DNA of 64,000 nt from a bacterium (GTDB lineage: Bacteria > UBA8248). The DNA lies in NCBI GenBank assembly GCA_965221165.1, contig CBDCRP010000003.1, positions 2,081,924-2,145,923 on the forward strand, in the 5' to 3' direction. The notes under the pieces are model-generated. The model saw nothing but the letters and a program-made list of their open reading frames with translations, made no database searches and was not told the origin of the DNA. Shown piece after piece: positions 21,158-29,662 of the stretch. The stretch's first letter is position 1, and the number at the start of each line of letters is the position of its first letter. Made by a program: the position numbers and the translations under genes.

Positions 21158-21453
21158 GCGAAAACCGCAGGACCCTCGCCTGTCCCGGCTGAGGGCAACG
21201 CATACCCGTCCCGTGGGATGCGAAAACGCGCGATCTGGTCGATTGCGAGAATTGTGCGGGGGTGAGATTCCGCTTGGGCCGAGCGGAGGGGGCGGAGGTT
21301 CTCACTATCGTGCAGATGGTTTCATGCCCCCTTTGTGGTGAATACATACCGGTGGATGAGGACACCCCCGCAGGTTCCGTTTTCGAGCACGACGGAAAAA
21401 AACTGCGCCTCGATAAGGAATTCGGCGCATTCGTCCTGGCGCCCGAGGAGTAG
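21154..21453 (+). CDS. Putative selenoprotein: tandem LysW-like zinc-ribbon protein with CxxU, 99 aa
   Basis: ATG overlaps the upstream stop (ATGA); MSENRRTLACPG-[TGA 21190-92]-GQRIPVP..DLVDCENC...VSCPLCGEYIPV...LAPEE, in frame with the tracked ORF 21262-21453. Confidence 0.8.
21199..21222 (+). promoter_or_regulatory. Putative bacterial SECIS hairpin for TGA 21190
   Basis: CGCAT-a-CCC-[GTCCCGT]-GGG-ATGCG; G-led loop 15 nt after the UGA. Confidence 0.5.
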
Positions 21454-21575
21454 GGGCGCGATTGGATTCAGGGAAGAAATTCCGAGGTCTGTTTCCTTCG
21501 CGGTGAGTTGTTGATAGAGTATCGGTGCGTTCAGCGAGAGCGCATCTGCAAGAAAGGATTGCACGGGAGCATGTG

Positions 21576-21968
21576 ATGGCTTCTCGACCACAGGCCACTA
21601 TACCGCTGGATCACGCCGACAAATTGAATCGGGACTTGCTCGCGCAATTGGAGGAGCTTGAAAAAACTCCCGAGGAGGATCGTTGGCCCGAAGCGGTGTG
21701 GCCTACCGCTCAAGCGTTTAAGGATGCGGAAATTTTCGTTCGGAAGCTGCCGCTGGGCTCGATTCCCATGCCCTATATAGGGCTGGCCGATGACGGGGAA
21801 GTCAATTTTCTATGGAAAAAAGATGGTGTTCATGTTGATCTTGGGTTCTATGGAACGCGTACTTATACTTACTTTGCGCACGGTAAAGATGGACACCCAA
21901 TCGACGGCGAAGATATTCCGGCATCCGAAGGATTGCCTTCCGAAATCGTAGAACTGTTCACGGTCTGA
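21576..21968 (+). CDS. Hypothetical acidic protein, possible antitoxin/immunity partner
   Basis: GGGAG RBS before ATG 21576; P.I...DGEV.F.W motif; AT-richer composition. Confidence 0.6.
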   Translation: MASRPQATIPLDHADKLNRDLLAQLEELEKTPEEDRWPEAVWPTAQAFKDAEIFVRKLPLGSIPMPYIGLADDGEVNFLWKKDGVHVDLGFYGTRTYTYFAHGKDGHPIDGEDIPASEGLPSEIVELFTV

Positions 21969-21975
21969 TACAACC

Positions 21976-22494
21976 TTGCAAGCTCCTTCTCCACATCTTG
22001 ACGAGGAAAAATGCGCCGCGCCGGGAATCTCTCCCGGGGTTGTCGAGGACGAGGAGTTTCTTCTTCGAGAGATGTTCAACCCACAGCATGTCCAGGATGG
22101 GGAAGTGCTTGAGACTGCGATACCAGCAAAGGACCTTTGGAAGAAAGGATTTTCTGTTCATCGGATGAAGTACGTTTCAGTTGAGTTCATAAAAAATGCG
22201 GTCGAAGTACGCCTGTCTCGTCCCAGAAAAGGCGAACCCTGGAAAGACGAGGGTGTGGCGAAGCTACAAACGCTATCTGTACGACAGCTTCTTACAGATG
22301 ACGACAAAAAGGCGTTTGTTGTTATTGATACGGCCACGGAAGACAACCCCGGACATGCCAGCATATATATGGCCGAGTATATTGCAGAGCCTAAAAAAGG
22401 CGAAAGACATGCAAGGAGATTCAGGCATTTGCTTCTGGATATTCTTCAAAACAGAATGACCATAGATGAGGCGTATGCCGGTGCGATCGGTTAG
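21976..22494 (+). CDS. Hypothetical protein with possible ADP-ribosyltransferase-like (Tse2/RES-like) fold
   Basis: LLR...P, GFSVHR and D....NPGHASI motifs (R-S-H arrangement); AT-richer composition. Confidence 0.5.
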   Translation: MQAPSPHLDEEKCAAPGISPGVVEDEEFLLREMFNPQHVQDGEVLETAIPAKDLWKKGFSVHRMKYVSVEFIKNAVEVRLSRPRKGEPWKDEGVAKLQTLSVRQLLTDDDKKAFVVIDTATEDNPGHASIYMAEYIAEPKKGERHARRFRHLLLDILQNRMTIDEAYAGAIG

Positions 22495-22548
22495 TCATTT
22501 GGAGCAACATTGTATATAATCCCTTTTCCTTAGTTCTGGAGATTCGTT

Positions 22549-23505
22549 TTGGCAGAACGTGATTTCGAAATCATCATCATCGGGGCCGGGCCTGCGGGGC
22601 TGACGGCGGGGCTTTATACGGCGCGTTCCAAGCTGAACGTGGTCTGCTATGAAAAACTCGCGCCCGGCGGCGAGATTCTCAACACCGAGCACGTGGAAGA
22701 CTACCCGGGCTTCGAACTGGTCGGCGGGCAGGAACTGGCGGCCAAGTTCACCGATCACGCCATGAAGTTCGGCTTGCGGATCGAGATGGAAGAAGTCTCC
22801 GAAGTGAGAAAGGACGGGGATGATTTCCTCGTCGTCACCGACATGGGCGAGCGCCGCTGCGGGGCGGTGATTTATACGCCCGGCGGCTATCCGAGAAAGC
22901 TCGCGATTCCGGGCGAGGAGAAATACGCGGGCAAGGGCGTCAGCTACTGCGCGCTTTGCGACGGCGCGTTTTTTCAGGATGAGGTGATCACCGTCGTGGG
23001 CGGCGGGAACAGCGCCGTGGAAGAGGGGCAGTTCCTCACGAAATACGGCACGAAGGTCTACCTCATTCACCGCCGCGATCAGTTCCGCGCCCATGCGGTC
23101 TTGATGGACAGGATTCGCGAGAATCCCAAGATGGAGATCATCACCGACCACGTGGCGGAAGAGGTGGTGGGCGATGACAGGGAGATGAAGAAGCTGCGCA
23201 TCAAGAATGTGAAGACAGGTGAGACGCAGGAACTCGACGCCACGGGCCTGTTCGTTTTCATCGGTTTTATTCCGAACACGGATTTGATAAAAGATCACGT
23301 AGAAAAGGACGATGCCGGCTTTATCCTCACGGATCAGAACATGGAGACGAATGTTCCGGGCCTGTTCGTGGCCGGTGATTGCAGAAGCCAGTTGATTCGC
23401 CAGATCACCAACGCATCGGGCGATGCGACGACGGCGGCGGTGGCGGCCGAGAAATATCTCGAAGCCCAGGTGGAGGCCAGGAAACAGGCCGCGGCGGCTT
23501 CCTAG
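22549..23505 (+). CDS. trxB: Thioredoxin-disulfide reductase
   Basis: GAGPAG, GVSYCALCDG, GGGNSA, HRRD, GLFVAGD motifs. Confidence 0.95.
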   Translation: MAERDFEIIIIGAGPAGLTAGLYTARSKLNVVCYEKLAPGGEILNTEHVEDYPGFELVGGQELAAKFTDHAMKFGLRIEMEEVSEVRKDGDDFLVVTDMGERRCGAVIYTPGGYPRKLAIPGEEKYAGKGVSYCALCDGAFFQDEVITVVGGGNSAVEEGQFLTKYGTKVYLIHRRDQFRAHAVLMDRIRENPKMEIITDHVAEEVVGDDREMKKLRIKNVKTGETQELDATGLFVFIGFIPNTDLIKDHVEKDDAGFILTDQNMETNVPGLFVAGDCRSQLIRQITNASGDATTAAVAAEKYLEAQVEARKQAAAAS

Positions 23506-23527
23506 GGTTCAAGGCGAGGAGAGGGAA

Positions 23528-24076
23528 ATGGAGTTCACCAGGGGGCTTCGGAAGTTTTTTCTCTGGGATATCGTGAAGGGCATGTCCGCCACACTGCGGC
23601 ACATGTTCAAAAAACCCGTCACGCTTCAATACCCGACGGAGCGCTGGGAGCCGCCCGAGCGTTATCGGGGCTTTTTGGGCTTGACGCGCGATTTCAAGAC
23701 GGGCGAGGAGCTTTGCATCGGCTGTCTGAACTGCGAGAAGGCCTGTCCGGTCGACTGCATCACCATCGTCACGGCGGGCAAGGGCCGCGAGATGTACGCC
23801 AAGGAGTTCTACATCGACTACATGCGGTGCATGTACTGCGGGCTTTGCGTGGAGGCGTGCCCCACGACGCCTAAATCCATCGTCCACACCCACCAGTACG
23901 AGACGACCGGCTATTTCCGCGAAGATCTCGTCTACGAGAAAGAGCGCCTCTACGACGTCTGGGAAAAAGAGATGAACTACACCGGCCCCCGTCCCTGGGG
24001 CAAGCTGTTCGGCCTAAGGAACCAGGAGGCGGACACACGGCCCGAAACCCCTGCCGAGACGGCGCCCGCCGAATAG
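23528..24076 (+). CDS. nuoI: NADH-quinone oxidoreductase subunit I-like 2x[4Fe-4S] protein
   Basis: VTLQYP.E, RYRG, CIGCLNCEKACP, F.IDY.RCMYCGLCVEACP. Confidence 0.85.
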   Translation: MEFTRGLRKFFLWDIVKGMSATLRHMFKKPVTLQYPTERWEPPERYRGFLGLTRDFKTGEELCIGCLNCEKACPVDCITIVTAGKGREMYAKEFYIDYMRCMYCGLCVEACPTTPKSIVHTHQYETTGYFREDLVYEKERLYDVWEKEMNYTGPRPWGKLFGLRNQEADTRPETPAETAPAE

Positions 24077-24101
24077 CGGGTTTCCCTGGCGGAATCCTCT
24101 T

Positions 24102-25274
24102 TTGAGTCTTTTTACCGCCGATTTCGACGACATCCGCTCAGGCAAGGTGACGGACGTCTATTTCGAGCGCACCCTCCAGATTCTGGAAGCCAGGGGAATC
24201 AAGAAAAACGTGCGTGCGGAATTCGCGGCCAAATCGCTTCCGGGCGGCTGGGGCGTATTCACGGGTTTAGAGGAGGTTCTGCGCCTTCTCGACGGCCTCC
24301 CGGTAAGCGTTCGCGCGGTGCCCGAGGGCACGGTTTTCAGGCCCTCCCAACCCGTTCTGGAAATTGCGGGAACCTACAACGATTTTTGCAGGCTGGAGAC
24401 CCCCGCCCTGGGGCTGATGTGCCAGGCGAGCGGCATCGCCACGAAAGCGGCGCGCTGCCGCATCGCGGCGGAGGGCAGAGGGCTCGTGAGTTTCGGCGCG
24501 CGGAGAATTCACCCCGCCATCGCGCCGATGGTCGAGCGCGCGGCCTATATAGGCGGCTGCGACGGCGTCGCTCTCGTCAAGGGAGCCGAGCTTCTGGAGA
24601 TTCCGGCGGTGGGCACGATGCCCCACGCGCTGGTGATTCTCATGGACGGCCTCGTGCCTGCGGTCAAAGCCTTCGATGAGGTGATTGCGCCGGAGGTGGG
24701 CCGCGTCGCGCTGGTGGACACGTTCGCGGACGAGAGATTCGAAGCCCTGGAAGTCGCGCGCGTGCTGACCGATCGCCTCTCGGCCGTGCGGGTGGATACA
24801 CCGGCGTCGCGGCGGGGGAATCTGTTCCAGATCCTGGAGGAAATCCGCTGGGAACTCGACCGCGCGGGATTCCCGCACGTGAAGCTCTTCGTGAGCGGGG
24901 GCCTGGATGAGGAGAAGATTCTCGAGCTGAACCCCGTGGTGGACGGCGGCTACGGCGTAGGCACGTCTATAAGCTCCGCGTCTACGATCGATTTTTCGAT
25001 GGACATCGTCGAGGTGGAGGGCGAGGCGGTGGCCAAGCGCGGCAAGCGTCCGGGTGCGAAGCATCTGCTGCGCTGCCGCGATTGCGGGGAGGAGCGCGTC
25101 ATCCCGATAGAGGAGCCTTACGGAGATTGCGCGTCCTGCGGCGGCGTGGTGGAGCAACTGCTCGCCGGCGTGATGGAAAACGGTGAACGGGAGGATTCAG
25201 GGTCTTCCGCGAAAGAGATCAGAAACTACGTTTTGCGCCAGATTCATCGTGTAAACCTCGAATCGTCCTCATGA
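24102..25274 (+). CDS. pncB: Nicotinate phosphoribosyltransferase with C-terminal Cys4 knuckle
   Basis: TDVYF, FGARR, GTMPH, VDTF, VSGGL, GVGT motifs; CRDC...CASC. Confidence 0.85.
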   Translation: MSLFTADFDDIRSGKVTDVYFERTLQILEARGIKKNVRAEFAAKSLPGGWGVFTGLEEVLRLLDGLPVSVRAVPEGTVFRPSQPVLEIAGTYNDFCRLETPALGLMCQASGIATKAARCRIAAEGRGLVSFGARRIHPAIAPMVERAAYIGGCDGVALVKGAELLEIPAVGTMPHALVILMDGLVPAVKAFDEVIAPEVGRVALVDTFADERFEALEVARVLTDRLSAVRVDTPASRRGNLFQILEEIRWELDRAGFPHVKLFVSGGLDEEKILELNPVVDGGYGVGTSISSASTIDFSMDIVEVEGEAVAKRGKRPGAKHLLRCRDCGEERVIPIEEPYGDCASCGGVVEQLLAGVMENGEREDSGSSAKEIRNYVLRQIHRVNLESSS

Positions 25275-26305
25275 GTACGGAGAAAAAAGAAAGCCGGGGC
25301 CGTTTTCAACCCTTGAGAGATTTCCTCGCACGCCACGAGCGCCTGTTGTTTCTCACCCACGTGGGGCCCGACGGAGACGGCCTGCTCGCGAGCATTGCGC
25401 TCAGCCGCTACCTCAAGCTTACCGGCAAGCAGGCCACGGTCGTCACCGAAGACAAGACGCCCGTCTTCACGGCACCCTTTGACCCTGAGGGTCTCGTGCG
25501 CTCGAGAGAGGAGCTTCTCGCGCAAGAGGACTGGGCGGCGCGCTTCGATGCGTGCCTCATTCTCGACACGGGGAAGATCAACCGGCTGGGCAGGCTCGAG
25601 GAGCCGGTGAAAGCCAGCGGCCTTCCCCTGGCGGTGGTCGATCACCACATCAGAGAAGAAGACAATATCGATTGTCCCTCCATCATCGACCCCGAGGCCG
25701 CCGCGGTCGGCGAGATGGTAGCCGATTACCTGAACGAGGAAGGCTACCCGTTCGACGACCCGCTCATCACCCGCGCGCTGATGGCGTGCCTCGTCTACGA
25801 CACGGGCCAGTTCCGCTTCACGAACACCTCGAGGCGCACCCTGAACTGGGCGGCGCGCCTGGTCGAACTCGGCGCGAGTGCCGGGGAGGCCTACTCGATT
25901 TTCTGGGAATCAAACGGCGCGGGCTCCGTGAAGCTGCTGGGTACGCTGATGAGCCGGATGAAGCTCGATTGCGGGGGACGCCTCGCCTGGTTCACCCTGA
26001 GCGCGATGGAACTCGAGCGCTTCGGGGTCTCGCGCTCCGAGACGGAGGAATACATTTCGGTTCCCCGCTCGATCGAATCCGTCGAGGTCATCGCTTTTTT
26101 GTCCGAACTCGAAAACGGGCGAATCCGCGTGAGCCTGCGCTCGAAGGGCCGGGTGGAGATTCACGACGTTGCCCGCATGTTCGGCGGCGGCGGCCACGCG
26201 TTCGCCGCAGGCGCGCGCATGCGGCCCCCGCTCGAGGAGGCGGCGAGGCTCATCACCGCCGCGCTCGCCGAAAAGATCAGAACCGTTCTGGGGCCTGATG
26301 AATAA
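25271..26305 (+). CDS. nrnA: DHH/DHHA1 phosphoesterase (nanoRNase NrnA-like)
   Basis: H..PDGD, DHH, DTG.F, SLRS, GGGGHAFAAG motifs. Confidence 0.88.
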   Translation: MSTEKKESRGRFQPLRDFLARHERLLFLTHVGPDGDGLLASIALSRYLKLTGKQATVVTEDKTPVFTAPFDPEGLVRSREELLAQEDWAARFDACLILDTGKINRLGRLEEPVKASGLPLAVVDHHIREEDNIDCPSIIDPEAAAVGEMVADYLNEEGYPFDDPLITRALMACLVYDTGQFRFTNTSRRTLNWAARLVELGASAGEAYSIFWESNGAGSVKLLGTLMSRMKLDCGGRLAWFTLSAMELERFGVSRSETEEYISVPRSIESVEVIAFLSELENGRIRVSLRSKGRVEIHDVARMFGGGGHAFAAGARMRPPLEEAARLITAALAEKIRTVLGPDE

Positions 26306-26308
26306 CGC

Positions 26309-26686
26309 CTAGATTCCCAGTTCGTTGAACACGCGCAGCGACTCATCCGTCGCGCCCACGGCGTTGGGAGCGCCCGCGTAGATCGCGCACACCATGATGA
26401 TCTCCTGAATATCCTCTTTCGTCATGCCGATGCGAAGCGCCGCCTTGGCGTGGTACCCGAACTCCCTGTCCCGGCCCATGGCGCACAGGACGGAGAGGAT
26501 CACCGTCTCGCGGGTCTTGTCGTCGATGCCGTCTCGCGCGTAGAGATCGCCGTACACGGCTTCGGTGACGAACTGCGCGAACGCGGGACTCGCCTTCGCG
26601 AAAGCCTGGCGCCTCTCCTCTCCTTCCTCGCCGAAGATCCTCGCGCGGGTTCTCAGTCCTCTCTCGAGACGTGTTTCTTCGCTCAT
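26309..26686 (-). CDS. Carboxymuconolactone decarboxylase family protein
   Basis: YGDLYAR.GID.KTRE, H...ALR.G, YAG.P motifs. Confidence 0.88.
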   Translation of the reverse strand: MSEETRLERGLRTRARIFGEEGEERRQAFAKASPAFAQFVTEAVYGDLYARDGIDDKTRETVILSVLCAMGRDREFGYHAKAALRIGMTKEDIQEIIMVCAIYAGAPNAVGATDESLRVFNELGI

Positions 26687-26829
26687 CAGATCGACCTCCT
26701 TGTGCGTGGACGGGCGTAAAGGCCCGTCCCGGGATGAATGCGCGCGGCCCCCTCCGGGGGCTCGCGGGTGGTTTTGCCGGAATGTTTCCTGAGGCTTATA
26801 TTGAATAGCGTATGTAAGAGCGCATTACC

Positions 26830-27111
26830 ATGCCATCAGGGAGATTCAACGTGAAACTCGACGCTGTGAAATTCGGCCTGGCCGCAGGCATCATCTACGG
26901 GGCCATGTTTTTCCTCTACGCCCTTTTGGGCGCGCTGTTCGGCGTGGGCGGGGAGATGCTGAGGATGATAGGCGATTTCTATCCGGGCGTTTCCCCCACC
27001 TACCCGGGCGCGATCATCGGAGCGGCCTGGGGGTTCGCGATAGGCTTTTTCTTCTTCACGCTCCTGGCGTGGATATACAACCGTCTTCTGGGACGGGGGG
27101 AATCGCCCTAG
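26830..27111 (+). CDS. Small membrane protein (DUF5676/putative holin-like family)
   Basis: KL....FGLA.G, YPG, GAIIG..WGF, AWIYN pattern with 2-3 TM helices. Confidence 0.6.
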   Translation: MPSGRFNVKLDAVKFGLAAGIIYGAMFFLYALLGALFGVGGEMLRMIGDFYPGVSPTYPGAIIGAAWGFAIGFFFFTLLAWIYNRLLGRGESP

Positions 27112-27560
27112 CCCAGGGACTTGGCGAGCGCCTCCCCCTGCGCGCGCATCTCGGGCGTCATGGATTCGTTATGCGGCAAAAACGCCATGGCGACGTATAT
27201 GTTCTCCACCCCGTCTCCCTTCGAGAGATTGCGGTATAAGGGCTGGGGGTAGAAGTCGTTCATGGGCTCCGCGTGGCCGATTCGCTCGTCGTTTCTCGCG
27301 AAGTGATATGCGACCACCGCCCTCGGGGGAACCCAGCGCTCCCGCTCCTCGCCTTCCGCGTCTACGTCGCGCACCACGCCGCCGAAGCCGTTGGTGAACG
27401 CGTCGCCGAACACGAAATGCGCGACAGTCGCCTCATCGCAGGTGTCCGTTTCCGCGAGCTGGATGTAGAGGGCTTCGTTCGGGTCGCCCGGATCCTCGAA
27501 GGGCAGTTCATTTTTTCCGCACGCGGGGCAGATGAAGGTGACGTTTTGGTTTTCGGCCAT
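27108..27560 (-). CDS. Hypothetical acidic protein with N-terminal CPAC
   Basis: AGGA RBS, GC-rich codon usage typical of the window, no recognised family. Confidence 0.65.
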   Translation of the reverse strand: MAENQNVTFICPACGKNELPFEDPGDPNEALYIQLAETDTCDEATVAHFVFGDAFTNGFGGVVRDVDAEGEERERWVPPRAVVAYHFARNDERIGHAEPMNDFYPQPLYRNLSKGDGVENIYVAMAFLPHNESMTPEMRAQGEALAKSLG

Positions 27561-27627
27561 GTCGGTGTTCCTGTGCTGGCGCGCCGGGGAGAGTCTCCGG
27601 GCCGGCGCGTTGTCATGTAATTTGTGT

Positions 27628-27787
27628 GTCCCGCCGAAATCGAATCGTGCCAGAGGTCACCCTCCGGCGCAAGGATGAAAGCGGGTTTGAACTCATCCTG
27701 CAAGAGGCGCAGAGACAGCCGGAGAAGACGGGTTTCGTCGCGAGTCCGGTTTCGGTCCGAGAGGTTCGATGGCCTGAGCGGCGGGGC
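27628..27787. other. Long nested intergenic hairpin (palindromic element or structured RNA)
   Basis: Nested pairings GTCCCGCCG/CGGCGGGGC, ATCGAATC/GGTTCGAT, CTCCGGC/GCCGGAG, GCAAGGATGA/TCATCCTGC. Confidence 0.45.
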
Positions 27788-27789
27788 TG

Positions 27790-28662
27790 TTACCCCCGCG
27801 CCCGTGGGTCCAGTGCGTCGCGCAGCCCGTCGCCCACGTAGTTGATGCTCAGCACGGTGAGCGAAATCGCGAGGCCGGGCCACAGGACGCGCTCGGGGTA
27901 TTGCTGGAGGTAATCGGTCGAATCGTAGAGCAGCCTTCCCCAGGTGGGGAAATCCGGGGGAAAACCCAGCCCCAGGAACGAGAGCGCCGATTCGGTGATG
28001 ATGGCGTCGCCCACCCCGAGGGCCGCGGAGATCATGATGGGCGAGACGACGCCCGGCAGGACGTGGCGGATGATGATGCGCCGCGTGGGCGCTCCGAGCG
28101 CGTTCGAGGCGACCACGAATTCGCGCTCTTTGAGAGCGAGTACCTCTCCGCGCACGATGCGGGCGGTCTTCATCCAGGAGGTCGCGCCGATGACCGAGGC
28201 GATGAGGATGAAGATGCCGGTCTCCGGACCGAAGGCGCTTCTGAGAGCGTCGCGGAACAGCGCGATGATGACGAGCAAAAGGGGCAGGAGCGGCAGCGCC
28301 AGGAAGAGATCCGTCAGCCGCATGAGCGGGCCGTCCAGCCGCCTGAAGTAGCCCGACGCCACGCCGACCACCGCGCCCAGGGAGAGGGCGAGGCCCATGG
28401 CGGCGCCCGCCACCGCGAGCGAGACCCGCCCGCCCGCGAGCATGCGGGCCAGGGTGTCCCGGCCCAGGCGGTCGGCGCCGAGCGGGTGGGCGAGGCCTGC
28501 GCCCTGATTGCGCGCGCGGATGTCGATGAGGTGCGGGTCGATGCTCCACAGATGGGGGCCGAAGACCACGGCGAGCGCTGCGATGAGCAGAATCCCCGCC
28601 CCTATCATCGCCCCCCGGTGGGTGCGGAACTGCGCCCATACCCCGCGCCGCGCGCTAGTCAT
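27790..28662 (-). CDS. Peptide/nickel ABC transporter permease (DppC-like)
   Basis: HPLG.D.LGRD, ESALSFLGLG, GDGLRDALDP motifs. Confidence 0.93.
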   Translation of the reverse strand: MTSARRGVWAQFRTHRGAMIGAGILLIAALAVVFGPHLWSIDPHLIDIRARNQGAGLAHPLGADRLGRDTLARMLAGGRVSLAVAGAAMGLALSLGAVVGVASGYFRRLDGPLMRLTDLFLALPLLPLLLVIIALFRDALRSAFGPETGIFILIASVIGATSWMKTARIVRGEVLALKEREFVVASNALGAPTRRIIIRHVLPGVVSPIMISAALGVGDAIITESALSFLGLGFPPDFPTWGRLLYDSTDYLQQYPERVLWPGLAISLTVLSINYVGDGLRDALDPRARG

Positions 28663-29662
28663 AGCGGATGGTGGGGTCCAGAACCCCGTAGAGGATGTCG
28701 GCGAGGAGGTTGAACGCCACGATCAGCCCCGCGAAGATGAAGGTCAGCGTCTGTACGGTCGGCAGATCGCCGCCCTGAATGGCGACGATGAGCAGTTGTC
28801 CCAGCCCGTTCACCTTGAATATCTGCTCGGTGATGATCGCACCTCCGAACACCTGCGGCACGCCCAGCGCGATGATGGTGACGACGGGAATCATCGAATT
28901 GCGCAGGACGTGGATGAAGAGAATCCGCCGCTCGTGAAAGCCCTTGCCCCGGGCGGTGCGCACGTAGTCCTGGCCGAGATTATCGAGCATGGAGGCGCGC
29001 ATGAAGCGGCTGATTTGTGCTGCGTTGTACAGGGCGAGCACGAAGACCGGCATGGCCATTTGCCGCACCTGGACGAGAAAACTGCTCCAGTCCGTCACGC
29101 GGTGCGTGGTGTCATAGATGGAGGGGAACCAACCGAGTCCCACCGAGAAGACCACGATCAGCAGCACGCCGGTGAAAAACGTCGGCACCGAGAACCCCAC
29201 GGTGGAGACGAAGGTCCCGATCTGGTCGAACCAGCTGTATTGGCGATAGGCCGAGAAGATGCCGATGGGGATCGCGATCAAGACGCCGATGACGTAGGAG
29301 AGCCCTACGACCCAAAGGGTCTGCGGCAGGCGCTCGACGATGAGGTCGACGACCGGGGAGCGCGTCTGCCAGCTCAGCACGCGGAGCCGCTCCCCGCTGT
29401 CGGGGCGGCCGAGCAGGGCGTCGAGCACGTTCAGCGGTTCGTTGATGAAAAACTGCTTGCACCACAACAGATAGCGGATGTGGATGGGCTCGCCCAGTCC
29501 TAGGGACTCGCGGATTTTCTGGCGCACCTCGGGCGGAATCGTGAGGGGCAGGTTCGCCGTCGGGTCGCTGGGCGCCAGGTCTAAAAGCAGGAAGATGACG
29601 AGGCTGATGAAGATGAGCGTGGGAACGGCGATGAGCAGCCGCCTCACGGTGTAGGTCGTCAT
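28655..29662 (-). CDS. Peptide/nickel ABC transporter permease (DppB-like)
   Basis: DYVRTARGKG, H.LRN, NLLADILY..LDP motifs. Confidence 0.93.
   Translation of the reverse strand: MTTYTVRRLLIAVPTLIFISLVIFLLLDLAPSDPTANLPLTIPPEVRQKIRESLGLGEPIHIRYLLWCKQFFINEPLNVLDALLGRPDSGERLRVLSWQTRSPVVDLIVERLPQTLWVVGLSYVIGVLIAIPIGIFSAYRQYSWFDQIGTFVSTVGFSVPTFFTGVLLIVVFSVGLGWFPSIYDTTHRVTDWSSFLVQVRQMAMPVFVLALYNAAQISRFMRASMLDNLGQDYVRTARGKGFHERRILFIHVLRNSMIPVVTIIALGVPQVFGGAIITEQIFKVNGLGQLLIVAIQGGDLPTVQTLTFIFAGLIVAFNLLADILYGVLDPTIRYD

Noticed and set aside
20951-21192. The two in-frame TGAs as genome-wide stop reassignment (Trp/Gly) or simple pseudogenes
   Set aside because: TGA is used as a normal stop in many genes here (e.g. 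iscR, hscB, engB). Both TGAs fall on CxxC cysteine positions with downstream hairpins and no other lesions, which favours Sec. Pseudogenisation cannot be fully excluded without seeing the sel genes.
21154-21453. Calling the zinc-ribbon protein lysW
   Set aside because: It lacks the C-terminal EDWGE needed for carrier function, has a duplicated ribbon, and no lysX/lysZ/argX genes are nearby.
26830-27111. Holin-like gene as evidence of a prophage
   Set aside because: No other phage genes are nearby, and this small membrane family commonly occurs outside prophages.
27628-27787. 6S RNA call
   Set aside because: The topology is similar, but the conserved 6S sequence blocks are not clearly present and the usual zapA/ygfA context is missing; kept only as an unassigned hairpin.
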